A DNA stretch of 63,997 nucleotides, filler included, from Malassezia furfur (lineage: Eukaryota), in NCBI GenBank assembly GCA_052055015.1. It is 4 parts of 4 records of this genome, joined end to end, with 100 filler letters (N's around TTAATTAATTAA, not from the genome) between each part and the next. Parts side by side here need not be neighbours in the genome. Positions count along the whole stretch, not along the records: positions 32,352 to 48,300 come from JBQJIT010000256.1; 3 more parts are not named here. One strand, 5' to 3'. The number at the start of each line of letters is the position of its first letter. Position 1 is the stretch's first letter. Below are positions 34,537 through 46,093 of the stretch, piece by piece. Under the pieces are notes generated by a model. It searched no databases, was not told the origin of the DNA, and saw only the letters and a program-made list of their open reading frames with translations. The position numbers were made by a program, and so were the translations under genes.

Positions 34537-36948
34537 ATGATGGATAAATTCTCCCATTTCCGTGAGCTGGTGCCGGCGTCGCTGGCGCAGCGCGTCGCGT
34601 CGCTCGGCCCCGTGGTCGTGACGGCGCTCGCGTCGCTGCTGGCCATCACCGTGCTGGCGACCGTGTACCGCCCCTTCCGCGATACCCTAGTGTTCGCATA
34701 CAACTGCTTTCTGCAGCCGCTGGGGAAGACGTCGAACCAGGCCGAGCGCCTCGACCGCTTCTATCAACACCAGGCATCGGGTGCGTAGCTGTGCAAGAAT
34801 GCCCACTAACGCCAGTGTACGACGCGACGCGGACAGGCCTGCTGCGTGGCCGCAAGACCATGCTCAAGTACGTACGAAACCGCTGACGATAGGCTGTGTG
34901 CCGCCGAAATGCGCCAGCTCCGCGAGCGCGAGCCGCACCGCAAGCTCGTCTGGGCCGATATCGGCGGGGGCACGGGCTGGAACATTGAGCAGATGAACCA
35001 GTACTTCCCTGTGGCCGAGTTTGACCAGGTGTACCTGATCGACCTGTGTGAGCCGCTGCTCGACGTCGCGCGCAAGCGCTTTGAGCGCCTCGGCTTCAAG
35101 AACGTGCAGTGCCTGTGCCAGAACGCCAAAGAGTTCACCTTCCCCGGGCTGCCCGCGGACAAGAAGGTCGACCTGTTCACCTGCTCGTACTCGATCTCGA
35201 TGATCCCGCCATTCTACGCCGTGCTCGACCGGATCAACGAGTTCCTCGACCCGAAGGTGGGTGTGTTTGGCGTCGCCGACTTTTACGTGTCGAGCGCCGA
35301 GTCGACCTCGGACCAGAGCACGCTGGTCGGCGGCTCGGTGATGCGCAAGTGCCACTGGCTCAACTCGTGGTTCTGGCGGCAGTGGTTCTCGCTGGACCAC
35401 ATCGAGCTGCACCCCGCGCGTCGCGACTACCTCGAGCACAAGTTTGGCACGATCAAGTGCTTCAACGGACGTAACCACTTTATCGTGCCCTACCTTGTGC
35501 GCATCCCGTACTATATCTGGCTCGGCGTCTCGCGCGAGCGCGACACGACCAAGGCCGTGCAGGCGTTCGAGGTCGAGGCCGGAAACAACGTCGCGGTGCC
35601 GCCCAGTTTCCCCGACATTGCGCGCAAGCGGCTGCAGAGCAACGACACGCGCCAAGCCGACGCGCAGGTCGCGCAGCTCAAGGAGGACCTGGCGGTGCAG
35701 TGGCCGCAGAGCTCCTTCCACTACCAGCAGCGCCAGTGGCGCCTGCCGTTCGTCGACGACCGCTTCAGCGACCTGTTCCGCACGTGGATCTACGGCTTTA
35801 CGTGGGAGGACCCGTACGTGGACATGGAGCACCTCAACCTCGGCCCGGATGACTCGATCCTGTGCATCACCAGCGCGGGCGACAACGCGCTGCACTACGC
35901 GTGCACGGCCAAGCCGCGCCGCATCCACGCGGTCGACATGAACCCGTGCCAGGGCCACCTGCTGGAGCTGAAGCTCGCGGCGATCGCGACGCTCGACTAC
36001 GATACCTTTTGGCAGATGTTCGGCGAGGGAAAGGCGCCGCACTTCCCGCAGCTGCTCGACGAGCAGATCTCGCCGCTGCTGTCGTCGCACGCCTACCAGT
36101 TCTGGCGCACCAACAACCATTCGTTTGACAAGGCGTTCTACTTCCGCGGCTACTCGGGCCACGCGCTGCGCCTCGCCAAGGCCGCATTCCAGCTGATGGG
36201 TGCGCGCAAGGACGTTGACCAGATGTGCACCACCGCCTCGCTCGAGGAGCAAAAGCAGATCTGGGACACCAAGGTCCGCAAGACGATCATCAACGAGACG
36301 CTCATCCGCCTCTTCCTGTCGAACCCCGCGTTCCTGTGGAATGCGCTGGGCGTGCCGATGAACCAGCTTAACATCTTCAAGGAGGAGGGCAGCGTCGAAC
36401 AGTTTGCCAAGGACACGCTCGACCCGATCCCGGCGCGCTCGCTGCTGTCCAACGAGAACTACCACTACCGCCTGTGCCTCATGGGCAACTACACCAAGGA
36501 GAGCTGCCCGCTGTACCTGAAGCGCGAGGCGTTCGAGCAGCTCAAGGCGAACAATGCCGCGACGCTCGACTCGTTCCGCCTGCATACCGACTCGATTGTG
36601 TCGGTGCTGCGCGGCATGCAAGACGGCAGTTTGTCGCACGCGATCCTGATGGACCACATGGATTGGTTCGACCCGATCCCCGCCTCGCGGCCCCTGCCGA
36701 CCCTTGCCGAGTCGCACAACGAAAACGACAAGTCGGTCTCGGATCTGGACCGCGAAGTGGTCGAGCTCGCGCGCGTCATCAAGCGCGACGGCCAGGTGTT
36801 CTGGCGCAGTGCGGCCAAACACCCCTGGTACACGCAGCGGTTCGAGGCCGCCGGCTTCCGCGTGAGCCCGGTGCACATCCGCGAGACTGGCAAGCCGATC
36901 GACAACGTCAACATGTATGCATCTTTCTATCGGGCCGTGCGTCTATAG
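34537..36948 (+). CDS. BTA1: Betaine lipid (DGTS) synthase, methyltransferase + DUF3419 fusion
   Basis: VYDATR, WADIGGGTGWNIE, YGFTWEDP, ITSAGDNALHY, VDMNPCQGHLLELKLA, MDHMDWF, VNMYASF; introns 34781-34815 and 34868-34892. Confidence 0.93.
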
Positions 36949-37042
36949 TGACCCCCACATAGGAGGAGAGGAGACCACGTGGCCGACGCTGGGACGCCGC
37001 CGACTCCACCTGCGAGGGCTCGCGACGGGTGGTCCCACGGCG

Positions 37043-39445
37043 ATGTTTGAGAAGTCGCTCACGACGCTTATCAAGGGGCTTCGCTCGCACAGGGGGCGAG
37101 ATGAGGCGACCTACATCTCGAACCGGATCCAAGAGATCCGCACCGAGGTGCGCAGCGCCGACATGGAAGTCAAGGCGGAGGCCGTACTGAAGCTCGCCTA
37201 CCTGCGCATGCTCGGCTACGAGGTGCAGAGCGCGTCCTTCCCGGTGCTCGAGACGATGGCCTCGAGTCAGTACCACATCAAGCACATTGGCTACCTTGCC
37301 GCGGCCCTGTGTTTCTCGGAGGACACCGAGGTGCTCATCCTCGCGACCAATCTCATCAAGAAGGACCTGCACTCGGCGCAGCCGCTCGACGTGCAGGCCG
37401 CACTCAACGGCCTCTCGCACGTCATCAACCAGGAGCTTGCTCAGCACCTTGCTGAGGACATTGCGATGATGCTCACGCACTCTAAGCCGCGCGTCCGCAA
37501 GCGCGCCGTCCTCGTGCTCTACTCGGCCATTGTCCGCTACCCCGAGGTGCTCGACAGGACGTGGGAGCGCCTGCGCGACCTGCTGTGCGATAGCGACCAG
37601 GGCGTGGTGACGGCCACGGTGAACGTGATCTGCGAGCTCGCGCGGCGGAACCCGCGACCGTTCGTGCCGCTCTCGCCGCAGCTTTTTGAGATTTTGACGC
37701 AGACAAGTAACAACTGGCTGCTCATCAAGGTCGTCAAGCTGTTTGGCGCGCTCGCACGCGTCGAGCCGCGTCTCGTGCGCAAACTACAGCGACCCATTGC
37801 CGAGATCATCTCGACGACGCCCGCGATGAGCGTGCTCTACGAATGCATCCACACCGCCATCATCGGCCACATGCTCGAGGGTGCCGACAGCGAGGACTTT
37901 GCGATGCGTTGCATCGACAACCTCGGCCAGTTTCTGAGTGACGCGGACCAGAACTTGCAGTACATTGCGCTACTCGCACTCGCCAAGCTCGCGCCGACGC
38001 ACCCGGCGCTGGTCGCCCAGCACGAAGCGACGATCCTCGCCGCCATTCGGCACCCCGACCGCACCATCCAGGTGCGCGCGCTCGATCTCGTGTGCCAGCT
38101 TGCCACCAACGGGTCGATGCGCACGATCCTCGACACGCTGCTCACCTACGTCGAAGAGCCGCAGGGCGGTGCAGCGTCCGGCGGTGCATCGGCGGGCGGT
38201 GCGAGTCATGCGCTGCAATCTGCGCTCGACGCGCATGCTACGGTACGCACCGCCGACGCACCGCCGATGCCCGACGCCGACGATCAGGCAGGGCTGCGTG
38301 CGCAAATCGCCGAGTCAATCCTCGAATTGGGGGGCGCCGACGCATATGCCCACGTCCCCGATCGGGGGTGGTACTTTGGTATCTTGCAGCGCCTCATGGT
38401 ATGCGTGCGCCCCGACGTGGCGCAGCAGGTCGCCGATCAGATGATCGACCTCGTGCATCGCTCCGCGCCGCTGCGCCCCGCAGCATGCGCTGCCTTGGAG
38501 CAGCGCTGGCTGCATGCCGCCGACGAACACCTCGGTCGCGACAGCGCCGAAGGCGAGTGGCTCCGCGCCGGGGCGTGGACATGCGGCGAATACCCGGAAT
38601 ACGTCACGGCGCCGGCCCAGCTGGCACGCGCCGTACTGCAGCCGCACACCGCCGAGCTGCGCGCGCCGGTTTTGGCCGTGTGCATCCAAAGCGCGCTGAA
38701 GCTGTGCGCGCATTATGCGGCGTCGCTGTCGCCTGTCTGGGATGCCGCACAGCGCTCCGAGCTTGAGCAGCTCGTCGAACACCTCGTGGCACAGCTTGCG
38801 CCCCTCGTGCATCATCAGGACTCGGACGTGCACGAGCGCGCACAAGAGTCGCTGCAGCTGCTCACCATCCTGCAGCAAGGCCTGGCATCGGAGCTTGGCG
38901 CCGCGCTTCCCAGCGACCGGCTCGACGCCGCAGAGTCGGCCGAAGAGCATGGGTGGGACGACAGGGCGTCCGCAGAGTCACGCACCGCGCCGCGTGCCCT
39001 GCACCTCCTCGAGCCGCTCTTTTTCACGCGCGGCGACATCCAGGAGGACGAGCAGGCGCTGCCGATGCTGCCGCCGTCGTTCGACCTGCATGCGTGGATC
39101 GTGCCTGAAAAGGCCTGGGACGCCATCCTCGCACACGTCGAGCCCGCAGCCAAGCCGCGCACGCGCCCGGTGGAGAGTGCCAGCCGGGCACCCAGCAAGG
39201 GCACACGGCCCAAGGACCCGTCGCGTCCCAAGAAGAACAAGAAAAGCGAGCAGTTGCCCGCCGCACCGCACGCGGCCGTGGAAGACGGTGAGCTGAACGA
39301 CATCCCCATTGTCCAACTCAGTCTTTCGGATTTGACGCCGCAAACCCCCGCGCACGGCACACCGAGCGCCTCTTCCGATACCCCTGCGACCGTGCCGACG
39401 GTACAGCCCAAAATTGTGACACGCAAGAAAAAGGCACGGTCGTGA
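37043..39445 (+). CDS. APL5: AP-3 complex delta adaptin
   Basis: MFEKSLTTLIKGLR, IGYLAA, LATNLIKKDL, SNNWLLIKVVKLFGAL.EPRL. Confidence 0.93.
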   Translation: MFEKSLTTLIKGLRSHRGRDEATYISNRIQEIRTEVRSADMEVKAEAVLKLAYLRMLGYEVQSASFPVLETMASSQYHIKHIGYLAAALCFSEDTEVLILATNLIKKDLHSAQPLDVQAALNGLSHVINQELAQHLAEDIAMMLTHSKPRVRKRAVLVLYSAIVRYPEVLDRTWERLRDLLCDSDQGVVTATVNVICELARRNPRPFVPLSPQLFEILTQTSNNWLLIKVVKLFGALARVEPRLVRKLQRPIAEIISTTPAMSVLYECIHTAIIGHMLEGADSEDFAMRCIDNLGQFLSDADQNLQYIALLALAKLAPTHPALVAQHEATILAAIRHPDRTIQVRALDLVCQLATNGSMRTILDTLLTYVEEPQGGAASGGASAGGASHALQSALDAHATVRTADAPPMPDADDQAGLRAQIAESILELGGADAYAHVPDRGWYFGILQRLMVCVRPDVAQQVADQMIDLVHRSAPLRPAACAALEQRWLHAADEHLGRDSAEGEWLRAGAWTCGEYPEYVTAPAQLARAVLQPHTAELRAPVLAVCIQSALKLCAHYAASLSPVWDAAQRSELEQLVEHLVAQLAPLVHHQDSDVHERAQESLQLLTILQQGLASELGAALPSDRLDAAESAEEHGWDDRASAESRTAPRALHLLEPLFFTRGDIQEDEQALPMLPPSFDLHAWIVPEKAWDAILAHVEPAAKPRTRPVESASRAPSKGTRPKDPSRPKKNKKSEQLPAAPHAAVEDGELNDIPIVQLSLSDLTPQTPAHGTPSASSDTPATVPTVQPKIVTRKKKARS

Positions 39446-39647
39446 AGTAGAATGCGATACGTAGCCTTGCACTTCAGCTCGCGCAGGCTGCGCGCAACCC
39501 TCCTCTCCCCCACCGCGTCAGGTCCCAGGCGTGGCACCGTAGCGCCGCCTTCGTCCGGTGGAGGCTGCCTAAGCGCACGGCCCAGCTGGCCCGTCGGTGG
39601 AGACTTCAATTGCGCCAATCACGCGAAAAAACGACTCTCGGAACACC

Positions 39648-40843
39648 ATGACGGAAGAGCAACCGAGCGGTGCGTGAAGAAGCTCACACCTAGTCAACGA
39701 GAACCCCGGCGACATCAAGAAGACGATCTCAATCGCCATTCTTTTGTGTGGCAACCCGTCCGAGTCGACGGTGAGCAAGTTTGGGTCGTATGACATCATG
39801 TTCCGCAATGTCTTTACCGAGGCCCTGGCTACGATTCCTCGCTACGAATGGCACCCGAAGATCTCGCTGTACCTGCGCTCCTTCAATGTTGTCCTGGGCG
39901 AATTCCCAGAAGTGAGCGAGTTGGACGACGGTGTCTGGGACGCTGTGCTGGTGACGGGCACACGTACGTTTCCCCCGTCCAAGCTGACGCACAGCCGAGT
40001 CCTGCACGCAGGAGAATGTACTATGGATGGATGTGCTGCGCAAATACCTCGTTCATGTCACGACCGTGCACCCACTGGTGCGCGTCATTGGCATCTGTTT
40101 CGGGCACCAGCTGATTGCCCAGGCCTTCGGCTCCCAGGTGGTCCAAGATAAGGCCAAGGCCGAGGTACGTTTCCGGCGCCCACTGACCTGCAGCTTGGCG
40201 TCTTGCCGTTCGACTTGACACCTGAGGGCACAAAATTACTTAGCCCATTCGACCAGAAAACGACCTGGGTACGTATGCCTTATCCGTCCATGCGAGAAAT
40301 CCTATTGGTGGAACGCATTTGTGAGAATGGCGTGTCACCCATCGGACGTGTTTCTCGCGTAGACGTCACTGAACCTGTACTGACACCGCCCGCCAGCGCT
40401 TGGAGCAACTGCATGAGGATGCGGTAATGGATATGCCGCAGCCGGTCGACGGCGACGCATGGGAGCTCGTGGGCTCGTCCGAGAAGGCGAAAATCCAGGG
40501 ACTCGCACTGCGTTATCCTACGGAGGCGCCGCCGCTACCGTCGGCCGTGAAGACGTCGTCGTACATTGCCTTTGACGTGGACGACAGTACCACCAGCGCG
40601 TCTGGACCGCTGCCCATCCGGAACCTGCATGTGATTACGCTGCAGGGTCATCCCGAGTTTAACACCGCGGTCACCGAGAACGAGCTGACCGCCCTCCACA
40701 ATGGTCAGGTGCTCGACGAGGCGACGTTTGCCGGTGCGTTTGGCCGTGCCAGTGAGGAACAGGATGGGCTGGAAACGGCACGCATGTTGTTGGCAATGTT
40801 GGGCGTCGAGCCCGCCTTGGCGCAAGAGGAGATAGTCCTTTAG
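39648..40843 (+). CDS. Class I glutamine amidotransferase-like protein
   Basis: VLVTG, VIGICFGHQLIAQAFG (Cys nucleophile), QGHPEF; four introns, the last 128 nt (40269-40396). Confidence 0.85.
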
Positions 40844-41378
40844 AAGCCTGGGGTACCATGTGAATGCAGGAACGCGCATCGGCGTAGTGGACACATGTGC
40901 AATATATTAGATATTGTGCGTCTGACGTGCAGGGCTTGGCGTGGACGCGCTGTACCCTCATGCAGGAAATATGTGCAGGGTCGCAAGGAATCTCCGCACC
41001 GCGCCCCCTCGGCGTGCGCCGGCGCTGGTGCAGCTTTCAGGAGGCGCGCGCGTGCGTATCCCTGCGCATCCGACCCAAAATTCGGCAATCGCGACTTTCA
41101 TCCAGTCTTAAACCAACCGTCACACCATTTGGATCGGCCATCCGTTCCTCAACCTTCAACAACAAGTCGCAATCGCATTCGAAGCCCTTACGCTCCTTCG
41201 GTCTGTGAGAGCTGGCGAGCATTTTGGACGATCGTGACGAAGGAGTCAGACTTCCAATATGTACGTCCTTGCGCCCGCCGTATCCACGCGGTGGCTCAAC
41301 ATTCCTTTTAATGCGCTTCGCGGCGAGCGATGGCCTTCGCCGTCGACGTTGACGCAAGCGATCGATTCGTCGTACATC

Positions 41379-42938
41379 ATGATTCCCATCGAACTACGCC
41401 AGGCGCTTCTTTATCGCGCTGGTGACAGCGCGAGTCGTTGGTCTCTCGCTGCCCTTGCTACTGCAACGATGCTGACGAGCGCGATGGCACTGTACTACTA
41501 CGTGCCGTGGGGACAACTGGAGCTGAACATGGAACACATTCTGTCTTCAATTGGGTCAGAGGGTTTTGGTTCGGTGACGGAGTACTCGTCCGAGTCGTAC
41601 GACGAGGAGGATCATGATGACGACGAACACGTGGACCCTGAATTGCTCGATGGCTTCCAGTCGGACGGAAAGGACCAAGTCGTCAGTGTGGTGCTGACGT
41701 CGTCGGATCCTTCGAGCGATCTTTGCCACAAGCCCATCGTTATGGACCTTTCGGAACACGCCTCCCGGTCCAGATCAATCCAGTGCATCTCTCCGGTCTC
41801 CCGGTCGCAGTCGCCTGGCAAAGAGAACAGCCCCTGTGCGCCTGAGCAGCGTCGCCAGTCGTTGCCCTCGATCCTGAAACGCGACAGCCAATCGTTCCCT
41901 TCGCAGCCGCTCGGCAACCCGAACCTGCTCGAGCACAGCTCGCCGCGACGTGCGCGGCGACGGCTGCATTCACATACCGGCTCGCCGTCGCCCCTGTCGC
42001 GTCTGCTGCCGATGAGCGATGACTCGGACATGTCAAGCTCGACCGACTCTCTGCCGTCGTGCCTTTCCACGCCCTGCAAAGACCTGCGCAACGGTACGGT
42101 GACGCCGCGTAGCGTTGTGCTCAAGGAACCCGACTGGACGCCGTTTGTGGACTCGCACGACCGCGCACGGAAACGCGTCATGATGGCGTCGATCGCGAAT
42201 GCCATGAATGAGCTCCACTCGGAGAAGGGATCGCCCATCGAGAAGAGCAAGCAGTTGCCAATCTTGGAAGCGCTGCCCATTGAGCCGCCCGCGGAATTGG
42301 GCGACGGCGGCGAGTTTTGGTTCGAGCGCTTCACGCGCAGCACCGCGGCGGCGGGCAAGCACTGGGACTGGCGCCGTCGATCGTCGTCGGACCTGGTCGA
42401 GCTGCTTGACGACAATGTGCTCGCGACGCTGGAAAACTATACCGTGCAGACCCGCGAAGAGAAGGGATGTCTCTTTGCACCGACAAATACCAAGGCTGCA
42501 CCGGCCGCGTGCAGCCCGGCTTCTCCAACATTCGCCAACGAGTCTCGTGTGCAACCGCCTTCCTTCTCTATGGCTTCCTGCATGGACGCGAGTGCTGAAT
42601 GCTCATCTCCTACGCGCCTGACCGATGCGGCGCGCCCAGAAAGCTCGCCGAGCCGCTCCGAGTTCTGCTTCACGCCGACGAAGCGTAAGTTCGATTTGGA
42701 CTGGGACAGGACCGAGTCGGCCTCGACGCCAATGGCTCTCGGACTAGGCTCGCCGACAAGAGCACACGCGCATGAACGACCGCTGGAGAGACCCGAGTCT
42801 CCCTTTGGCTCGATGTCCCCTCCCCGCCTTGGCGTTGAACGGATCACGGCGCCACTGGCTGGCCGCGCTTCGATTGCGAAGCGTCGGCTCAAAGACAAAT
42901 TCACCGGACGCTTTGGTTTGGCGTTGGTGGATTCTTGA
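41379..42938 (+). CDS. Hypothetical Ser/Pro-rich protein with N-terminal hydrophobic helix
   Basis: Long ORF; LAALATATMLTSAMALYYYVPW segment then disorder with many SP/TP sites. Start uncertain (41259 or 41379; possible 5'-UTR intron from 41261). Confidence 0.65.
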   Translation: MIPIELRQALLYRAGDSASRWSLAALATATMLTSAMALYYYVPWGQLELNMEHILSSIGSEGFGSVTEYSSESYDEEDHDDDEHVDPELLDGFQSDGKDQVVSVVLTSSDPSSDLCHKPIVMDLSEHASRSRSIQCISPVSRSQSPGKENSPCAPEQRRQSLPSILKRDSQSFPSQPLGNPNLLEHSSPRRARRRLHSHTGSPSPLSRLLPMSDDSDMSSSTDSLPSCLSTPCKDLRNGTVTPRSVVLKEPDWTPFVDSHDRARKRVMMASIANAMNELHSEKGSPIEKSKQLPILEALPIEPPAELGDGGEFWFERFTRSTAAAGKHWDWRRRSSSDLVELLDDNVLATLENYTVQTREEKGCLFAPTNTKAAPAACSPASPTFANESRVQPPSFSMASCMDASAECSSPTRLTDAARPESSPSRSEFCFTPTKRKFDLDWDRTESASTPMALGLGSPTRAHAHERPLERPESPFGSMSPPRLGVERITAPLAGRASIAKRRLKDKFTGRFGLALVDS

Positions 42939-43327
42939 TCCTATGTGATAATGGCCCTACGACTTGGCTGAACAGCCCTCTCTTAACATTCTTTCCATGG
43001 ACAATTTTTGGTCTTCCGCTAACGTGTTTATTTTTCTCGCGCACATCTTGGTATTACCCACCCCCTTCTATCTTTACCGACCCCCCGTGAATCCCGTAGT
43101 ATATTTTCGTTATCGGTACAACGATTTCATTGCCGTTTTTTCCGCACTCTGCCCCTCCAAATAGGGCTGACGTCATTTTGGGTTAGTGTGGCGTAAATCC
43201 AAAAATAGATTCTCGGCGGACTTCAGGATATGTCAGTTCTGCGCCCTAGATGTTCCTAAAAAAGGATATGCACGGCGTCTACCAGGAACCGGGGCTGAGC
43301 GTGTCGTCCAAAACAGAACAAAAAATG

Positions 43328-43409
43328 TGCGCCAAGGGGGAATCGAACCCCCGGCACAGCTACATCTTTGCGATGGCAAAGCTGTATTTTACCACTAAAC
43401 CATTGGCGC
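43328..43409 (-). tRNA. tRNA-Gly(GCC) with 11-nt intron
   Basis: GCGCCAA/TTGGCGC acceptor, GTTTAGTGGTAAAAT D-arm, CAGCT/AGCTG stem around GCC, GGGGGTTCGATTCCCCC T-arm, T-run terminator. Confidence 0.93.
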
Positions 43410-43528
43410 TTGCGGATGATGGGCATAGGAAAGTGTCCCTACTTATTCGAGGCGGATAGACCTCACTAGGCAGGCCTGGCGTACCGCGAATGCCACGCGC
43501 CGTTGGCAGGATCACATCCCGGTGACCG

Positions 43529-44430
43529 CTATACGTCCTGCGTACGAAGGGCATCACGGAGATAGCCTAGCTGCTGTTCGGCAGACTCCTCGGCGACTGT
43601 AAACAGCTCTGCGCGCTGTTTCCCAGTCGTCCTCCCCGTGCTCGCATAGTACACCAACTGCGCTGCAAGTTCGCTTTCAGCATTTGCGGGGTTCATGGGG
43701 TTGTAGCCGGAGAATGCAAATGCATAGACATGGCAACTCTGGGCCACCTTTTCCTCTTCAGGCGAAGGGTCCACCAGCACACTAAGGGTCAGACGGTGCA
43801 CATACCAGTACGGCCCTTTCGTGGGGTCAACATCGCGGGTGCGCAACGCATCGTCCATACTCAGTACGGCACAAGAGGTAGCAACGATGGTAGCACGTAG
43901 GGGTATACCCGCGTCGATCAGTGCCAGGGTCGATGCATTGATGGAAACGGCGATTTCGGCAAACGTGAAAGGGACATCAGGGCCGAGTAGAAGAGGTGCG
44001 CGGTGTTTCTGCTGCTCCTCTTCCGAGGCCGTTGCGCTCCCTCCCCGGTTAAGAGAGAGATTGACCGTGGGCGCGGCCGTGGGCGGCTTGCTGGTGGTTT
44101 GGACCACAAGCTGGATGAGCGACCGGGGATGACGGTGCAAGAGAAGCACCGACTCAAAGAGCGCCTGAAATTCGGTCGCAAGTGCCTTGGTCGGAATGCC
44201 AGCCACGTTGTCCAGGGGCGACACGACCACCTGGAACGTCGCGCTGTCCGTAAGCTCGTCGCGCATCCGCACTTCGACGGGGCCGGTGACTGACGCGAGG
44301 CATGCTTGCGCGCCTGGAAGTCAGTGGGCGTTACGGTACCATATGCGAATTTTCCGCTGCCGTCGGCGCGGGACAGAATGCCCGTTCGGGCCGCCGGGCT
44401 TCGCGGGGCGACTGCCGCGCGCTGTGCCAT
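43529..44430 (-). CDS. RRP46: Exosome core subunit Rrp46 (RNase PH fold)
   Basis: LSRADGSGKF, ASVTGPVEVR, HPRSLIQLVVQ, INASTLALIDAGIPL; two short introns. Confidence 0.88.
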
Positions 44431-44533
44431 GCTTTTTGTCCTGGTCGCGGATCGTGCGTCCCTGACTTCGCACGCGCAAATTGGGCCCAATTGCAAAAAT
44501 CCGTGTCGCGTGGCACTTCTTCTTGTCGACCGG

Positions 44534-46093
44534 ATGAGCGAGGGGAAATCGCCATCGGGCGCCGCACCGGCGGCACAGCGTGTCGTGCCCGCAGCGCTTC
44601 GACCGCTGCAATGGATGGGTATCCCGAAGAGCGTCCTAACCTGGAAACCGCGCCTGCCGTCGCGCAACTGGAGCATTTTCTGGCTGTCGATCACCTCGCT
44701 GAGCCTACTCTACTACGAGGACCGGCGCCAGTGCAAGAAAATCTTGGAGGAGTACAAGGAGCGCGTGCGTGGGCTGGCTGAGGAGCCCATGTCACCCAAG
44801 GATCTGCCTCGTAAGGTGACCGTGTACACGGCCAAGTACCCCGGCGACGACGATTACGAGGTCGGTGCGCTCTACTTCCGGCGCTACGTGAAGCCGATCC
44901 TCGTCGCCGCGGCCGTGGACTACGAGATCATCAGCGGGACTCGGTACGGCGGTCTTGCGCGCGATCTGCGTGACCGGATCCACGAGCGTCGGCGCAATCT
45001 GGCCGGCGTGCTTCCCTGGCCGTCGCCGATTGGCCCCAACGCGCCCGTGATGCCCTTCCTGCCAACCCCTGCCCAGCAGCTCCAGCGCGAGCTCGACGGG
45101 GCGGTGGTAATTGTCGGCCGTCCAGCACTGAAGGAGTGGGCATGGGCGATGAAGGAGGGCTGGGACACCGAAATTCCCGTCAAGCCGGTCGACCACGACG
45201 AGGCGCTGGCGACGCGTCTGAGCGACGACAATACCTTTGAGGAGGACGAGCCGCCGGCGTCGGCACAGCCCGTGGACGTCGGCGCTGATGACGAGGAGCC
45301 CATGCCGCTGCCCACCAAAGGGTTCATGCTGCCCTCGCAGGTCGGCTTCCAGTCGATGCAGCGGACCCCTGCGGCGCCGCTTGCGTCGCGCGGAGCAGTG
45401 CCGGTGTCGGGCGCCGCTGGCGCGGATGCGGCCGAGGTCGAACAGCCCAAACTCGCGCCGCCGTCGTCGATCCCTGCACAGCCGCCCATGTGCTTCGTGG
45501 ACTTTACCAACCTGGTGGGCTGGCGCAACATACCCCGTCGTATTGCGCACCTTTTCAACCACCGTGACGACGTGCGCCGCGGCGCAGAGCTAGGTCTGAG
45601 CATCGTGCTTGGCACCAAGAACGATGCTCGCGAGTTTGACGTCGGCGCGCCCGGCACCATCTCGGACCGGCCGCCGCAGGGCGGCGACCTGGACTGGGGC
45701 TTGTCGGAAGAAGACTTCTATCCTCGCCGCTTCGAAAAGACCCCCAGCGAGATCGTCAAAGATCGCGAGCGGTTCTACGAGGCGCTGCGTGCCGAGCTCA
45801 AGGCCTCGCGCGAGATCCTGCGCGGCGAGCGCGAGCCGACGCGCACGGAAAAATACGAAATGCCACGCAGCGAGATCGAACTGCGCGACGAGCGTTTCAA
45901 CAAAGAGCGCGACTGGCGCAACCTACTCCACGGCTACGAGGTCCTGACCCCATCTGCAGGCGTCGCCTGGAACGAGTCGTGGCGCGGCAGTCTGCGCGTT
46001 TTGCGGCCCCGGTCGCCGGACGAGGCCGTGCCCCGGCGCATCTACGAAGTGCCCACCGAGGAGGCGCCTGTGGAGACGCCGACGTCGGCCTAG
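44534..46093 (+). CDS. TIM54: Mitochondrial inner-membrane translocase subunit Tim54
   Basis: [39 protein letters not shown]. Confidence 0.9.
   Translation: MSEGKSPSGAAPAAQRVVPAALRPLQWMGIPKSVLTWKPRLPSRNWSIFWLSITSLSLLYYEDRRQCKKILEEYKERVRGLAEEPMSPKDLPRKVTVYTAKYPGDDDYEVGALYFRRYVKPILVAAAVDYEIISGTRYGGLARDLRDRIHERRRNLAGVLPWPSPIGPNAPVMPFLPTPAQQLQRELDGAVVIVGRPALKEWAWAMKEGWDTEIPVKPVDHDEALATRLSDDNTFEEDEPPASAQPVDVGADDEEPMPLPTKGFMLPSQVGFQSMQRTPAAPLASRGAVPVSGAAGADAAEVEQPKLAPPSSIPAQPPMCFVDFTNLVGWRNIPRRIAHLFNHRDDVRRGAELGLSIVLGTKNDAREFDVGAPGTISDRPPQGGDLDWGLSEEDFYPRRFEKTPSEIVKDRERFYEALRAELKASREILRGEREPTRTEKYEMPRSEIELRDERFNKERDWRNLLHGYEVLTPSAGVAWNESWRGSLRVLRPRSPDEAVPRRIYEVPTEEAPVETPTSA

Noticed and set aside
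40320..40385. TGAGA and TGAACCTG resembling TPP riboswitch pieces in the long GATase intron
   Set aside because: No CTGAGA context, no ATACC segment and no P5/GCG-GGGA closure; host gene is not a thiamine gene.
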